Below, piece by piece: positions 1 through 11,212 of a stretch of 39,846 nucleotides of DNA (the stretch's first letter is position 1; every line of letters begins with the position of its first letter). The position numbers were made by a program, and so were the translations under genes. The notes under the pieces were generated by a model that saw only the letters and a list, made by a program, of their open reading frames with translations, was not told the DNA's origin and did no database searches. This stretch comes from Octopus bimaculoides (taxonomy: Eukaryota), in NCBI RefSeq assembly GCF_001194135.2, contig NC_068997.1:51541119-51580964 (forward strand), read 5' to 3'.

Positions 1-1192
1 TTCATTTTTCCATCATTTTAATAGCTTACTGTTTGTTGTTTTCGTTATTAGTAACAACATTAACGTTTTATACTTGAAGAAAAGAAGAATACATAAAAAT
101 AATATATGTATAATCCTACAAGAACACCAGTGTAGATGGCGGTTTGCGGTTTGCTTTAAACATTATAAAAGTCAAACGGAAAATAACAAAGATTATATGA
201 AACAACAACTTAAATATGAATGACACACAAACTGGGAAGAAATAGAGACAAATACAGCGAAAAATAGCACGAGTAAATGTTCCTTATTTATGTTCAATTC
301 TTGAGCAAACAGGCGCTATCAAACAACTAATGTTTGCTTAAGGGCAGCTTAAATATTTTCTTTATGTAAAAACAAGGGTATCCACACACACATAGATATA
401 TATATATATATATCTATATATATTAGTACACAAGCCATATATATATGGCTTTGAGGGACATTGAAACATTTGTTTTAACAGCAAACTGATGGTTTAGTTG
501 TGGTGTTTTGTTGTAATGTACGCCATTATGCTATGTACTTACAACTAGTTAAACGTTAATGTTTCGTCAGATTATCTGTTGTAAAGGAAACATTAAGTTG
601 GAAGAGAACATGAGGAATAACAAAAGAAATGTTAAACTAAATGGATTTTATTGAACAAACTATTTTTCTTATTTCGTTTTGTCATTTAAACATCAACAAT
701 AATTTTGTTATTGATATTCTACCAATGTAAGTGTACACATGCTCTCTCTCTCTCTCCCTCACACACGCTCTTGTGCCAATATATATATTTGTGTGTGTGT
801 ATATATCTTTCTTTCTCGCTCTATCTATACGGGTATATCATTTATAGGCGTGAGGGTGCGTGTATATATAAAGTCTATATGTATATATCTGCATACATCT
901 TTCTATATAAATGCGTATATATATACATATGTATATATTTACATCGATATATACAGATATGTGTATAGATACGTGTATGTGTGTAAGTATGTGTCTAGTG
1001 CATGGTTTCATTCTATTAGTTTGGTAAGTACTTCTGCTGGAAATTTGTGGTCTTTCAGTGCTTGTAATAGTTGCTAAGTGATATGCTCTAAGGACTTTTA
1101 ATTATGTAAGGTGTACTGTTTCTCTTGTCTGTCATAAAAGAAAGGAATGATGGAAACTACAAGAATGTCCACGTTAGCCTGTTCCTCTTCAG

Positions 1193-1203
1193 TCTACCCC
1201 GAT
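1193..1203 (+). CDS. Candidate 11-nt micro-exon of an unidentified spliced gene
   Basis: Acceptor cctgttcctcttcAG, then tctaccccgat, then donor GTAAGT. Splice-site pattern only; no homology recognised. Confidence 0.3.
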
Positions 1204-1311
1204 GTAAGTTCCTACGAAGGGCCGAACGAATGGTGTTTGTCATTTGTTTCATAAATTCACAAAATGCGCGGCATGAAAGTCTATGGAAAAGTTATATTTT
1301 CTTGTTATTAA

Positions 1312-1358
<47 letters not shown>

Positions 1359-1692
1359 TCTCTCCCTCTCTCTCTCTCTCTCATTCTCTACGGAGATGCG
1401 TGTGTATACATATGTATGTGTATACACCCCTCACACGCATATATGACCGCAACTAAGTATGTGCCTTTATACATATAAAGGTAAGCACATATAGCTTTGA
1501 GAAAGGACTTTTATAACTATGACGCCCGTCAGCATTTCCACAAATGATAGCGCATGTAAAAACCTGCCAGTAAAATAAACTAAATTCAGTAAAACAAATT
1601 AAAATCACTATTCTGCGTTAAAAATTTCTCATAAACTTCATGTATGATGTTGTGAGATACATAATACCATGCATGCATACATACATACACTG

Positions 1693-2520
1693 ACCATCAA
1701 AGCAGTCTATCATGAACCAACAACCGGATTAGTACCTCCCACTTTAAAGGGTATGCGTTTGCAATTCAGAAATAGGAAATATCAACCAATTACCTAATGC
1801 ACAAAAGGGACAGTGATGCAAGAAAATTAGTAAAATGTGACAACCGATACAGAGTTTGAGGAGTTAACCCCGAAAATATCATTCACCCATATCATAAGTT
1901 GTCCGAAAATGTCATCACGGTTTTTCTACCGATGAGACATGATGTTGTAACTAGGACACTCTATAATCAAATCCGCCTGAAGGATAATCCCGAGGACAAA
2001 GAAATAAGAACTCACAATATGACACAAATCATAACCACTCATAAGAGAAAGGAGTCCTGGTGGAATGTCCCAGGGACAGCTTCAATGAAATGTAGACACA
2101 ATAAACCTGATATAACGATTTGGAATAGAAAGTGAAACTGTGTACAGTTGTGGAAATTAGTTGCCCAGCGGATGTTAACGCAAAGCTGAAGATTAGTGAA
2201 AACGAGAACACCTAAGCTGAATTATTGAGAAGTCTGCAGTTACTCTATCCAGATTACAAGTTCAGGTTTACACCTGTAATTATAGGGGCACTGAGACATG
2301 TAGCACACTGCCTAAATACTAATCATGAGAAATTAGGCTTCTCAAAACCAGAAAAGAGAAAGCTGATTCAAAGACTACAGATCCAATCCATCACTGGAAC
2401 TGTAAAAATCTGTAAAATTTTCCCGAAGTTTAGAGGTTCATAATTTCAGTATATATGTGCATGTCTAGATGTGCAAGTATACGCATGAGAAGACATATGT
2501 ATAATATATATATATTCACT
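1693..2520 (+). mobile_element. Decayed 3' fragment of an RLE-type (R4/Dong-like) non-LTR retrotransposon
   Basis: Broken frames read TSHFKGYAFAIQ..EIST, a zinc-knuckle remnant (HII.CPKMSS..LPMRHDVV), PDITIWNRK, and LYPDYKFRFTPVIIGAL..LQIQSITGTVKICK. These match the CCHC plus PD-(D/E)xK endonuclease C-terminus of R4-clade elements. Stops and frameshifts are present. Confidence 0.85.
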
Positions 2521-2540
2521 GAAGAAGCAGTTGGTTAAAA

Positions 2541-2708
2541 AATGTGGAAAAACAATGTGGAAAAAATAGTACTCAAATACCAGAGGTAGAGTAATATACT
2601 TTATTAATAAAGCTGCAAAGACATCTCAAAAACTGTTACTCGGCGGACGAACGGGAACGTAAAACTCTGAGTAACAGTTCTTGTGATGTCTTTGCAGCTT
2701 TATTAATA
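2541..2708. mobile_element. Penelope-like terminal-repeat fragment with 40-bp inverted arms enclosing a degenerate hammerhead motif
   Basis: Arms 2602-2641 and 2669-2708 are reverse complements at 38/40 positions. The spacer and start of the right arm read CGGACGA-ACG-GGAA-CGT-AAAA-CTC-T-GAG-TA. Confidence 0.55.
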
Positions 2709-3019
2709 TATATATATATATATATATATAGAATAAGAAAAAAAAGGGAAAACCTTTGTTGCAGCGCACCTACTTATTGCTCTATATGAGCAAAATATAA
2801 CAAAAATCAAAGTGGATGACAGGTTTTCGTAGGTCAAATTCCTTTATCGTGGGAAATAAAAATGCATAATAAATTCTTCTTGAGGTTAGGTTTCAAGCGC
2901 TCCAATATTACCAACCAAAGAAAAGTAGTAGTACAAAAACTTACGATCATTTCGAGGAATGCCTTTGTATTAGGCGAATAAAAGATCACATACACTCATA
3001 ATTATATATATACATACAC

Positions 3020-3093
3020 TGTCTTCTACTATAGCTACGACCCGACCAAAGCCTTGTGAGTGGATTTGGTAGACGGAAACTCAAAGAAGCCCG

Positions 3094-3140
<47 letters not shown>

Positions 3141-3340
3141 TTTTGTTTATCCCCACCATCGCTTGACAACCGATGTTGGTGTGTTTACGTCCCAGTAACA
3201 TAGCGTTTCGGAAAAAGAGACCGATAGAATAAGTACTAGGCTTACAAAGAATAAGTCCTGGGGTCGATTTGTTCGACTAAAGGTGCTACTCCAGCATGAC
3301 TGCAATCAAATGTCTGAAACAAGTAAACGAATAAAAGAAT
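3020..3340 (+). mobile_element. SINE family B copy (5'-truncated, internal microsatellite)
   Basis: gtcttctactatagc..ccgaccaaagccttgtgagtggatttggtagacggaaact..gaataagtcctggggtcgatt..ctccagcatg..tgaaacaagta. Reverse-complement homologue of 7519-7845 and 19463-19625. Confidence 0.9.
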
Positions 3341-3434
3341 ATATGTATGTATGTATGGGTTAGTGCGTGTGCGTGTGTATGCTTGCGCGCATGAATATAT
3401 GTATGAGTGTACGTTCATGCGTATATGCGTTTAC

Positions 3435-3467
<33 letters not shown>

Positions 3468-3980
3468 AAATTCATATACGTACACCCCCATCCAAACCTA
3501 CATAAATAAATTGATACGTAGCTGATACGACTTAAATTCAATTAAACTTATTGCTTTTTTCCCCCGCAATACCCAGAAGACAAACCAAACACAGACCGCA
3601 TTGTCTCAAGGGAGACATTTAAAAAATATATACTTTTGTTTCTTCTAAACAAAATATTATGAACGCAGCCAAATTCTTTGTACTCAATATTGGAACACTT
3701 TTCCTTTTGTATTTTACAATTTGTTTCTTTTATTATCAATTCTTTTAGTTTATCTACGGTTCTTTTACTTTTTGGATGAAATTTTCTTGAAGTATATTTT
3801 TTTTCTTGTCTGTGAACATAAAAGTATATATATTTTTTTCTCGTGCTTCTCTTTGTAAGCTTCTCAATTTTCCGATACGCATTCCTGAATAATATTGCTT
3901 TCTCGTGTTCTTTCCTTTTCTTTCGTCTTTCGAGATAATGTGACTTTGTCCTAGACTCCACCTCGTGTATATTTATTTGT

Positions 3981-4033
<53 letters not shown>

Positions 4034-4315
4034 CTCTCTCTCTCTCACACACACAACCACGTATNNNNNNNNNNACACTCTCTCTCTCTCTCTCACACAC
4101 ACAACCACGTATGTGTATATATATATATATATATATATGTGCATGCGTGATTTTGTAAACATATATACAGATATATATTTTATTTATATGGATATATGTT
4201 TAAATATATATATAATTATGGATGTATGTTTATATATGTATACGCGCGTGTGCATATGTGTGAATATACATACATATAAAGTTACAGGGGAACAAGTATA
4301 AATAAGTACAAATAT

Positions 4316-4352
<37 letters not shown>

Positions 4353-4849
4353 NNNNNNNNNNNNNNNNNNNNNNNNNNNNNNNNNNNNNNNNNNNNNNNN
4401 NNNNNNNNNNNNNNNNNNNNNNNNNNNNNNNNNNNNNNNNNNNNNNNNNNNNATATAGATATTCTATTGACATTCAATAATTTATTTATATTACAATATT
4501 ACTTTGAATACTAGGAATATAATATATAACAAAATGAGTTGAATACTCCTCATTTCCAGCACTGAACGACAATATGAGTCTTCAAAGACAGTTGCGTCCA
4601 TAAATACCAAAATAAAATTCTGGATTTATGGAGGGTCAAAGTTGGGAACAGGACAGTGAGGACATAAAAGGAAACCGAACGAAAACAAACATGGAGGATC
4701 GTTAGACCAGAACGAGGGTAAAATAGGCGAACGCTGGAGAAATATTTTCTTTCAAAAGAGAAAACATAGGATATATATATATATATATATATGTTGAGAT
4801 AAAGTGTATTTTAGAGAATTCATATATAATCTAGTATCATTGGTTCCTC

Positions 4850-5215
4850 TTGCGTTCTTGAATCCATTGGGCAGCAAGTTGACGCCCCTGGATGCTGTTG
4901 GTTGCAGTTTTTACTACATTCACCATGCAATATTGCCTTTTTTCATGTCTGTTATGAATGGTCTGCGCCATGTAATTTTTCTGTCTTTCTGTCTTTCTTT
5001 TTTATCGTGTAGTGTCCATTTTAAAGCAGATTTGGAATGGCGTTGATCTGGTAGCAGAAACAGGTGACCCAGTGTTTAATATTCGTTCTGTGATGACATC
5101 GCTGAGTGATCTCTTGTTCGCTCTCTTTAGAATGTAATTAGGATTGTATACTAAAATCTCTATAATTCCATCTATTTGTCTCATGTGTTGGTGTTCTGCA
5201 TCGCTCTCTCATATT
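4850..5215 (-). mobile_element. Highly decayed RTE-clade LINE 3' fragment
   Basis: Minus-strand frames give NIAW..VVKTATNSIQGRQLAAQWIQERKRNQ*, resembling the RTE ORF C-terminus (A.NR..WR.L). Many stops. Confidence 0.55.
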
Positions 5216-6065
5216 TATTCCATTTATGCATATTCAAACAAGGCAGACAAAGTATAGCAGTGTTTAGTTATTCTCCAATAGAGAGACACGACCCTCATAA
5301 TACAATCATATAATCCATTAAACTATGGATAATCTTGTTGGCATTACTGATACGTTTTAATATCATACATCAATGATCGTACAGGGTAATGATAACTACA
5401 GTATACCTTTTGAAATGTTGGTGTTTGATTATTGTTTCAATATGCGGTATCTGTTGTTTATCATCATTGAAATATTTATTCAAAGAGACTTTCTTATGAT
5501 CATACGCTGCTATATTTCCCTCTAAACATCTATACCGTTTTAACCGATTTATCAAGGATTTCGCTTGCCAAATAGCTTTTGCAAACATATAGACACATTA
5601 TGGTTTTTATCGCTCGGCTGGAACGAAAATACAGAAATTAGAGAAGGAAAATGAAAGGAAAAACAAACATACGAGATCGGTGGAGAAAAATATAGAGAAA
5701 GAAATAAAGAGATGGTGAAGGTGAGAAAGAGAGAGAGAGAAAGAGAGAGAGAAGGGGGAGAGAGAGAAGGGGAAGAGAGAGAAGAGGGAGAGGGAGAGAT
5801 AGAAAGGATACCAAAAAGGATCAAGACAAAGAAAGAGGAAGAAAAGCGCTGTTTGAAGCAACAAAGTGTAACCTGAAGCAGGGATCGGAGAAAATTGCTG
5901 CCACCATTTTCGCCTAAACGAAAGGAAAAACCTGTTTGTTATTGTTCTGCTTCTTCAATGGTTAACAAGGGTTACGGAATTTCAAGTAATTTCATTTGCT
6001 TTTTCATATTTTGTTTTCGGTAATTCGGATGTATTTGGGGTCAAATATCGTAACATGTATAACAG

Positions 6066-6097
<32 letters not shown>

Positions 6098-6100
<3 letters not shown>

Positions 6101-6720
6101 TCATATTCCTTCATTTGGTTCTCGTTGTGCCTTGTGGCACTTGATGCGACAGCAAGATCATTCCACCTTCTAACACTAAGAGCGTCCTTTACAGCTTGTT
6201 CCATTGTTAACCCTCTGTTTTTAAGATCTTTTGTTATTGCTGTCCGCTACGTTTCCTTTGGCCGGCCTTGTCTTCGTTTACCTTGTGTAACCCATTGCCA
6301 AGCGATCCTGACAATTGAGTTCGGTTTATAGCGACAAACTCGATCCAGCCATTTCCATCCCCTTCCTTCAATAATTTCTCTTATTGGTTTCACGTTAGCC
6401 TTGATGTGTACTTGGTTATTCGAGATCATATTCGGCCAGTAAACCTGCAAAATATTTCGTAAACATTGATTTTGAAACCCTTCCAATTGCTTTTCAATAC
6501 TTTTGGTTGTTTTCCAATATTCGGATCCATAGAGGAATATGCTACGTATGTTGCTTTTGTAAAATCATATTTTGGTGCTCTTGGTGAGAATTGATGATCT
6601 CCATATTGAGTTTAGAATACTGAATAATTGGATGGCTTTGCTGATTCTTGTGTTTATTTCATGAATGCAGCCGCCATCCATTGTTATTTTGGTATCTCGA
6701 GAGTTAAATTCGTCAACATA
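6098..6720 (-). mobile_element. RTE-clade LINE reverse-transcriptase C-terminal fragment
   Basis: Peptides VDEF..ITMDGGCIHEINTRISKA..FSILNSIWRS, EGFQNQCLRNILQVYWPNMISN, WKWL.RVCR..PNSIVRIAWQW..QGKRRQGRPKET and RRWNDLAVASSATRHNEN are typical RTE thumb/C-terminal motifs. Frameshifted. Confidence 0.88.
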
Positions 6721-6739
6721 GAGAGAAACTGTATGTATA

Positions 6740-6972
6740 AGGCGGCGAACTGGCAAAAACGTTAGCACGCCGGGTGAAGTACTTAGAGGTATTTAGTCTG
6801 CCGCTACGTTCTGAGTTCAAATTCCGCCGAGCTCGACTTTGCCTTTCTTCCTTTCGGGGTCGATTAAATAAATACCAGTTACGCACTGGGGTCGATATAA
6901 TCGACTTAATCCGTTTGTCTGTCCTTGTTTGTCTCCTCTGTGTGTAGCCCCTTGTGGGCAGTACAGAAATAG
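6740..6972 (+). mobile_element. SINE family A, full-length tRNA-derived copy
   Basis: Head aggcggcgaactggcaaaaacgttagc, B-box-like GTTCTGAGTTCAAATTCC, body gcctttc.tcctttcggggtcgat, tail gcccCTTGTGGGC. Near-identical reverse copies at 22842-23069 and 29731-29961. Confidence 0.92.
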
Positions 6973-7355
6973 GAAACTGTAGGAAACCCGTATTATATTA
7001 TATCGATTTAGATTTCCCTTTCATCTTTTCAAAGTTATATAAATAATTAAACAAAAGGAGACAAAATACCACAAATACCAGTAATTATACTGGGAATACT
7101 AGAATCACCCATCGACTGATTTATTCTGAAAGAACAATAAACAAAAATATTTGTGATATTGTTTGAAGAATGCAAATATTAATTCATCCTTTCTTTCCCT
7201 GAGTCAATATCAGATTGATTTCGAATTGAAGGCGGACTACAAAAGAAAGGCTCGAATATCTTTTCTCTCGGGTACGAATAACGTAACTAAAGAGAAATAG
7301 ATTTTTGTTATACTATGGCTGGTTCAAATTACAGATCACTTATACAGGTTCAAAC

Positions 7356-7411
<56 letters not shown>

Positions 7412-7464
7412 NNNNNNNNNNNNNNNNNNNNNNNNNNNNNNNNNNNNTAGGCGTACCTAGATGC

Positions 7465-7508
<44 letters not shown>

Positions 7509-7518
7509 ACACATTAAC

Positions 7519-7845
7519 ATTCTTTTACTTGTTTCAGTCATTTGACTGCGGCCGTGTTGGAGCACCGCCTTTAATCGAATAAATCGACTCCAGGACTTAT
7601 TCTTTGTAAACCTAGTTCTAATTCTAACTCTTTCTTTAGTCCAGCCGTTAAGTTACGGGGACGTAAAGACACCATCATCGATTGCTAAGAAGCACAAACA
7701 CACATATATCAAATCCACTCACAAAGCTTTAGTCGGCCCGAAGCTATAGTAGAGGACACTTGCCCAAGGTGTCACGCAGTGGGACTGAACCCGGAACCAT
7801 GAGGTTGAGAAGCAAGCTTCTTACCACATAGACACTCCTGCGCCT
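7519..7845 (-). mobile_element. SINE family B, near full-length with internal deletion
   Basis: Minus strand starts aggcgcaggagtgtctatgtggtaagaagc, has B-box-like GGTTCAGTCCC, then CCTTGGGCAAGTG (resembles the CORE-SINE domain). Confidence 0.9.
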
Positions 7846-7890
7846 GTATATAGGCAAATGAAAATTAAAAATTAAAAACCAAAATTACAC

Positions 7891-8038
7891 GTGGAATGCT
7901 GAATCTCCCAGAGAACTACGTGAAATGTTGTGTGTCTGTGGAGTACTCAGTCACTTATACGTTAATTTCCCGAGCAGGCTGTTCCGTTGATCAGATGAGA
8001 TCAGCTAAAACACTCGTCGTCGTAATTGACAGAGTGCC
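7891..8038 (+). mobile_element. Short interspersed element C (copy 1 of 4)
   Basis: gtggagtactcag.cactt..acgttaatttc.cgagcaggctgttccgttgatc..ctcgtcgtcgtaa..gagtgcc recurs at 23781, 26332 and 38590. Confidence 0.85.
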
Positions 8039-8404
8039 GGTTATATACAATAAGCAATTTAATATTAAGTTAAAGGACTCCGCATTACTCTTTAAGAGAC
8101 TACACATTTCACAAGGAAAAGCCTGACAGTGACTTCGAAGTTATGTATGTATGTATGTAAGTATTTATGTATGTGTGAGTGTGTAAGTATGTCATTGTTC
8201 AGTTTTATTTCAAGATTTCTTGCCAACAGAGAAAGAACCGGCTTCTACCCTAGATCCAAGTCTCCTTCATTGGAATTTCAACATCAACAACAGGGTATTT
8301 TTGTTTGTGTGTATGTATGTATATATATGTGCAAATTTGTGTTTTGTTTTATGTATGCATTCTCATGCATATAGTTACACATCTAGACATGCTCATATAT
8401 ATTT

Positions 8405-8610
8405 AAATAAACTTCTGGAAAGTTTTACAGATTTTTTCAGTTCCTGTGATGGATTGGATCTGTAGTCTTCGAATTAGCTTTCTCCTTTCTGATTTTGAGA
8501 CGCTTAATTTCTCAAGATTGGTAATTAGGCAGTGTGTTACATATCCCAGCGCCCCAATAATTACAGGTTTAAACCTGAACTTGTAATCTGGATAAAGTAA
8601 CTGCAGACGT
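8405..8610 (-). mobile_element. RLE-type (R4/Dong-like) 3' fragment, same family as 2225-2440, inverted
   Basis: Reverse complement aligns along its length with 2229-2430 (LQLLYPDYKFRFKPVIIGALGYVTHCL..LQIQSITGTEKICK). Confidence 0.88.
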
Positions 8611-8846
8611 ACATACGTATGTATGTATGTTTGTACATATGGGTAAATACTTATGTGTACAAATATTTATAATCAGTATTGACTAATTTTTTTTATCCTG
8701 TGGCATAAACTCAATTTAGCGAGTGAACCATCTAGTTGGTTGAATTGGCAACTGTAAAAATAAATAAACGAATCAATAAATAAAGCAGAAGCGAAAAAAG
8801 AAATTATTAAATAATATTTTTCCTTCTTGCTGTTCATCTTTCTTAG

Positions 8847-8890
8847 CCTGTGCTTTTGGTTTCAAATATAGACGTTACCTTATATATCCG
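8847..8890 (+). CDS. Candidate exon (44 nt) of unidentified gene
   Basis: Strong acceptor tccttcttgctgttcatctttcttAG, donor GTACGT. Open as xCAFGFKYRRYLIYP (phase 1 to 0). Confidence 0.35.
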
Positions 8891-9042
8891 GTACGTTAGA
8901 AATATGACTTCTAACTCATCAAAAATGCTGGACAGAAGTGATGTTTGAAGCGTTTGCTGTTTGAACACGCAATGTACGGAAACGAATATTTAATTTAAAT
9001 TCTGGTAAGACATTCAGTTCATTCCGTTTCCATTCCTGCCAG

Positions 9043-9098
9043 GCTGTCGCCTATACTCTTTTAATCCTTTGCAGTTACATAGATTTTCACATAGAAAT
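9043..9098 (+). CDS. Candidate exon (56 nt), hydrophobic
   Basis: Acceptor ttccgtttccattcctgccAG, donor GTAACA. Reads AVAYTLLILCSYIDFHIE (phase 0 to 2), compatible with 8847-8890. Confidence 0.3.
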
Positions 9099-9516
9099 GT
9101 AACATTTTGATGCTCAAAGAATTATATAGTGAAGTGACATCAAATGTTATGGAATAAATGCATTTCCATATCTGCATGGATATTTATCATAATTGTTAAG
9201 CGATCGTTACCGAATATTTGAAGAACAGAAAATATGGATGCACAGAATCTGACGATAATAGATTTTAAAGTAAACTGAACGTCGCGATGTCGTTTCCGTA
9301 GCTTTATACAAATACTTGGTTATCCTTGAGTATTTGTAATTCTACGCCAATGATTGGGTAATTTGAACGTAACCGTCTTCGTCACTATGCGGGGGAATTC
9401 GTGTGCGGATTTGTGTACGTGTACGTACGTATGTATGTGTAAGTATATACGTATGTGTGTGTGTATACGAGTTTGTGATAGATGAATTTTTGTGTGTTTA
9501 CATATATTTATATATA

Positions 9517-9572
<56 letters not shown>

Positions 9573-9682
9573 CCATCTACCTATCTATCTATCTAATATT
9601 ATGCAGAGCACATCGTATTCAGATGAAGAGAAATATGTTTAAATATTACGAAGCATCACTGTATGTATGTATGTATATATAT

Positions 9683-10375
9683 NNNNNNNNNNNNNNNNNN
9701 NNNNNNNNNNNNNNNNNNNNNNNNNNNNNNNNNNNNNNNNNNNNNNNNNNNNNNNNNNNNNNNNNNNNNNNNNNNNNNNNNNNNNNNNNNNNNNNNNNNN
9801 NNNNNNNNNNNNNNNNNNNNNNNNNNNNNNNNNNNNNNNNNNNNNNNNNNNNNNNNNNNNNNNNNNNNNNNNNNNNNNNNNNNNNNNNNNNNNNNNNNNN
9901 NNNNNNNNNNNNNNNNNNNNNNNNNNNNNNNNNNNNNNNNNNNNNNNNNNNNNNNNNNNNNNNNNNNNNNNNNNNNNNNNNNNNNNNNNNNNNNNNNNNN
10001 NNNNNNNNNNNNNNNNNNNNNNNNNNNNNNNNNNNNNNNNNNNNNNNNNNNNNNNNNNNNNNNNNNNNNNNNNNNNNNNNNNNNNNNNNNNNNNNNNNNN
10101 NNNNNNNNNNNNNNNNNNNNNNNNNNNNNNNNNNNNNNNNNNNNNNNNNNNNNNNNNNNNNNNNNNNNNNNNNNNNNNNNNNNNNNNNNNNNNNNNNNNN
10201 NNNNNNNNNNNNNNNNNNNNNNNNNNNNNNNNNNNNNNNNNNNNNNNNNNNNNNNNNNNNNNNNNNNNNNNNNNNNNNNNNNNNNNNNNNNNNNNNNNNN
10301 NNNNNNNNNNNNNNNNNNNNNNNNNNNNNNNNNNNNNNNNNNNNNNNNNNNNNNNNNNNNNNNNNNNNNNNNNNN
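9683..10375. other. Largest assembly gap (N run), flanked by TA/CA microsatellites
   Basis: Continuous N. Other gaps lie near 4065, 4353, 7412, 12163, 13812, 21263, 24857, 37505 and 38160. Confidence 0.99.
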
Positions 10376-10396
10376 ATATGCATGTATTTATATGTC

Positions 10397-10432
<36 letters not shown>

Positions 10433-10497
10433 ACATATATTATGCATATGCATGTATGTATGTATACATATATTATGCATATGCATGTATTTATATG

Positions 10498-10539
<42 letters not shown>

Positions 10540-11061
10540 TATATGTGTATGGTTTGTCTAATTGCTTCTCTTTTCCAGTTAATATAAATGCTTGTACGTA
10601 CGCCTGTAATGCGATATTTGGCGGGGGAATCAATCGCTGCAAGAAAGTGTTTGGTTGAGACAAGACCTGCTGGGAATATGCAGCTGGGCAATGTTGCGTC
10701 ACGTCTAAATACATAAATATGCATATATCAGGTTAATGCAATAAATTATGATTATTGCTAGTATTTTTGTTTGCATCAATTTAAAAGCAATATGATGTCT
10801 GCTCACAATAAATTCTATTACTGGAAATAATAGACACTAAAGTCTACATATTTCTGTGAACGAGAAACAAATATGTATGTGTGTGTGTGTGTGTGTGTGA
10901 GTCTATTTCTATCTATCTATCTCAATATATATACACACGTATTTACACAAATATATGTTATATTATAACACTGTATATATATATATATATATATATATAC
11001 ATAGTCAATTTCAACATGAACAAGCAAGAAAAAATCACGAAAAAACAACGGGAAGACGTGG

Positions 11062-11212
11062 AATAAGTACAGTGTTATTGGACGCTCAGGAAAGGAAAGA
11101 AAAGAAAGGGGATTCAACGTTTCGATCGGAGATCTTCGTCAGAAATATAGGAAAAGTTCAAAGAAGGGAAGACAGAGAAAGAAAATCGCCAACGATGCAC
11201 ACGCGGTCACAT
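11062..11212 (-). mobile_element. Penelope-like terminal-repeat fragment
   Basis: Contains the minimal hammerhead at 11112-11146. Shares the downstream motif TTCCYGAGCGTC with the element at 37340-37500. Confidence 0.65.
11112..11146 (-). ncRNA. Minimal hammerhead ribozyme motif (intact core)
   Basis: Minus-strand RNA: AUUU-CUGACGA-A-GAUC-UCC-GAUC-GAAA-C-GUU-GAAU. Stem I is AUUU/GAAU, stem II is GAUC/GAUC, stem III is the palindrome ACGU, and the NUH triplet is GUU. Confidence 0.7.

Noticed and set aside
705-1478. ORFs rich in YIYI/CVCV/SLSL (and the many similar ORFs across the window, e.g. 18556-19187, 25078-25570, 31496-32067)
   Set aside because: Translations of TA/TG/CT/GATA microsatellites; no coding signal.
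4020-4112. Direct repeat of about 38 bp (cactctctct..cacacaaccacgtat) on both sides of a 10-N gap
   Set aside because: Most likely an unmerged contig overlap, i.e. an assembly artefact.
5370-5617. 72-aa minus-strand ORF (MFAKAIWQ..) and nearby acceptor ttttcgttccAG
   Set aside because: The acceptor frames stop quickly and do not match the ORF frame; no recognisable homology.
6740-6830. tRNA-like A/B boxes here and in other SINE heads (e.g. 33720-33833)
   Set aside because: No complete cloverleaf; they continue into SINE bodies, so they are not called tRNA genes.
10376-10500. Local tandem duplications of about 34 bp beside the large gap
   Set aside because: Slippage within a compound microsatellite or gap-edge assembly noise.
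9524-10658. Longest ORFs in the track (306-337 aa) and other X-containing ORFs at 12.1, 24.8, 37.5 and 38.1 kb
   Set aside because: They stay open only because they run through N gaps.
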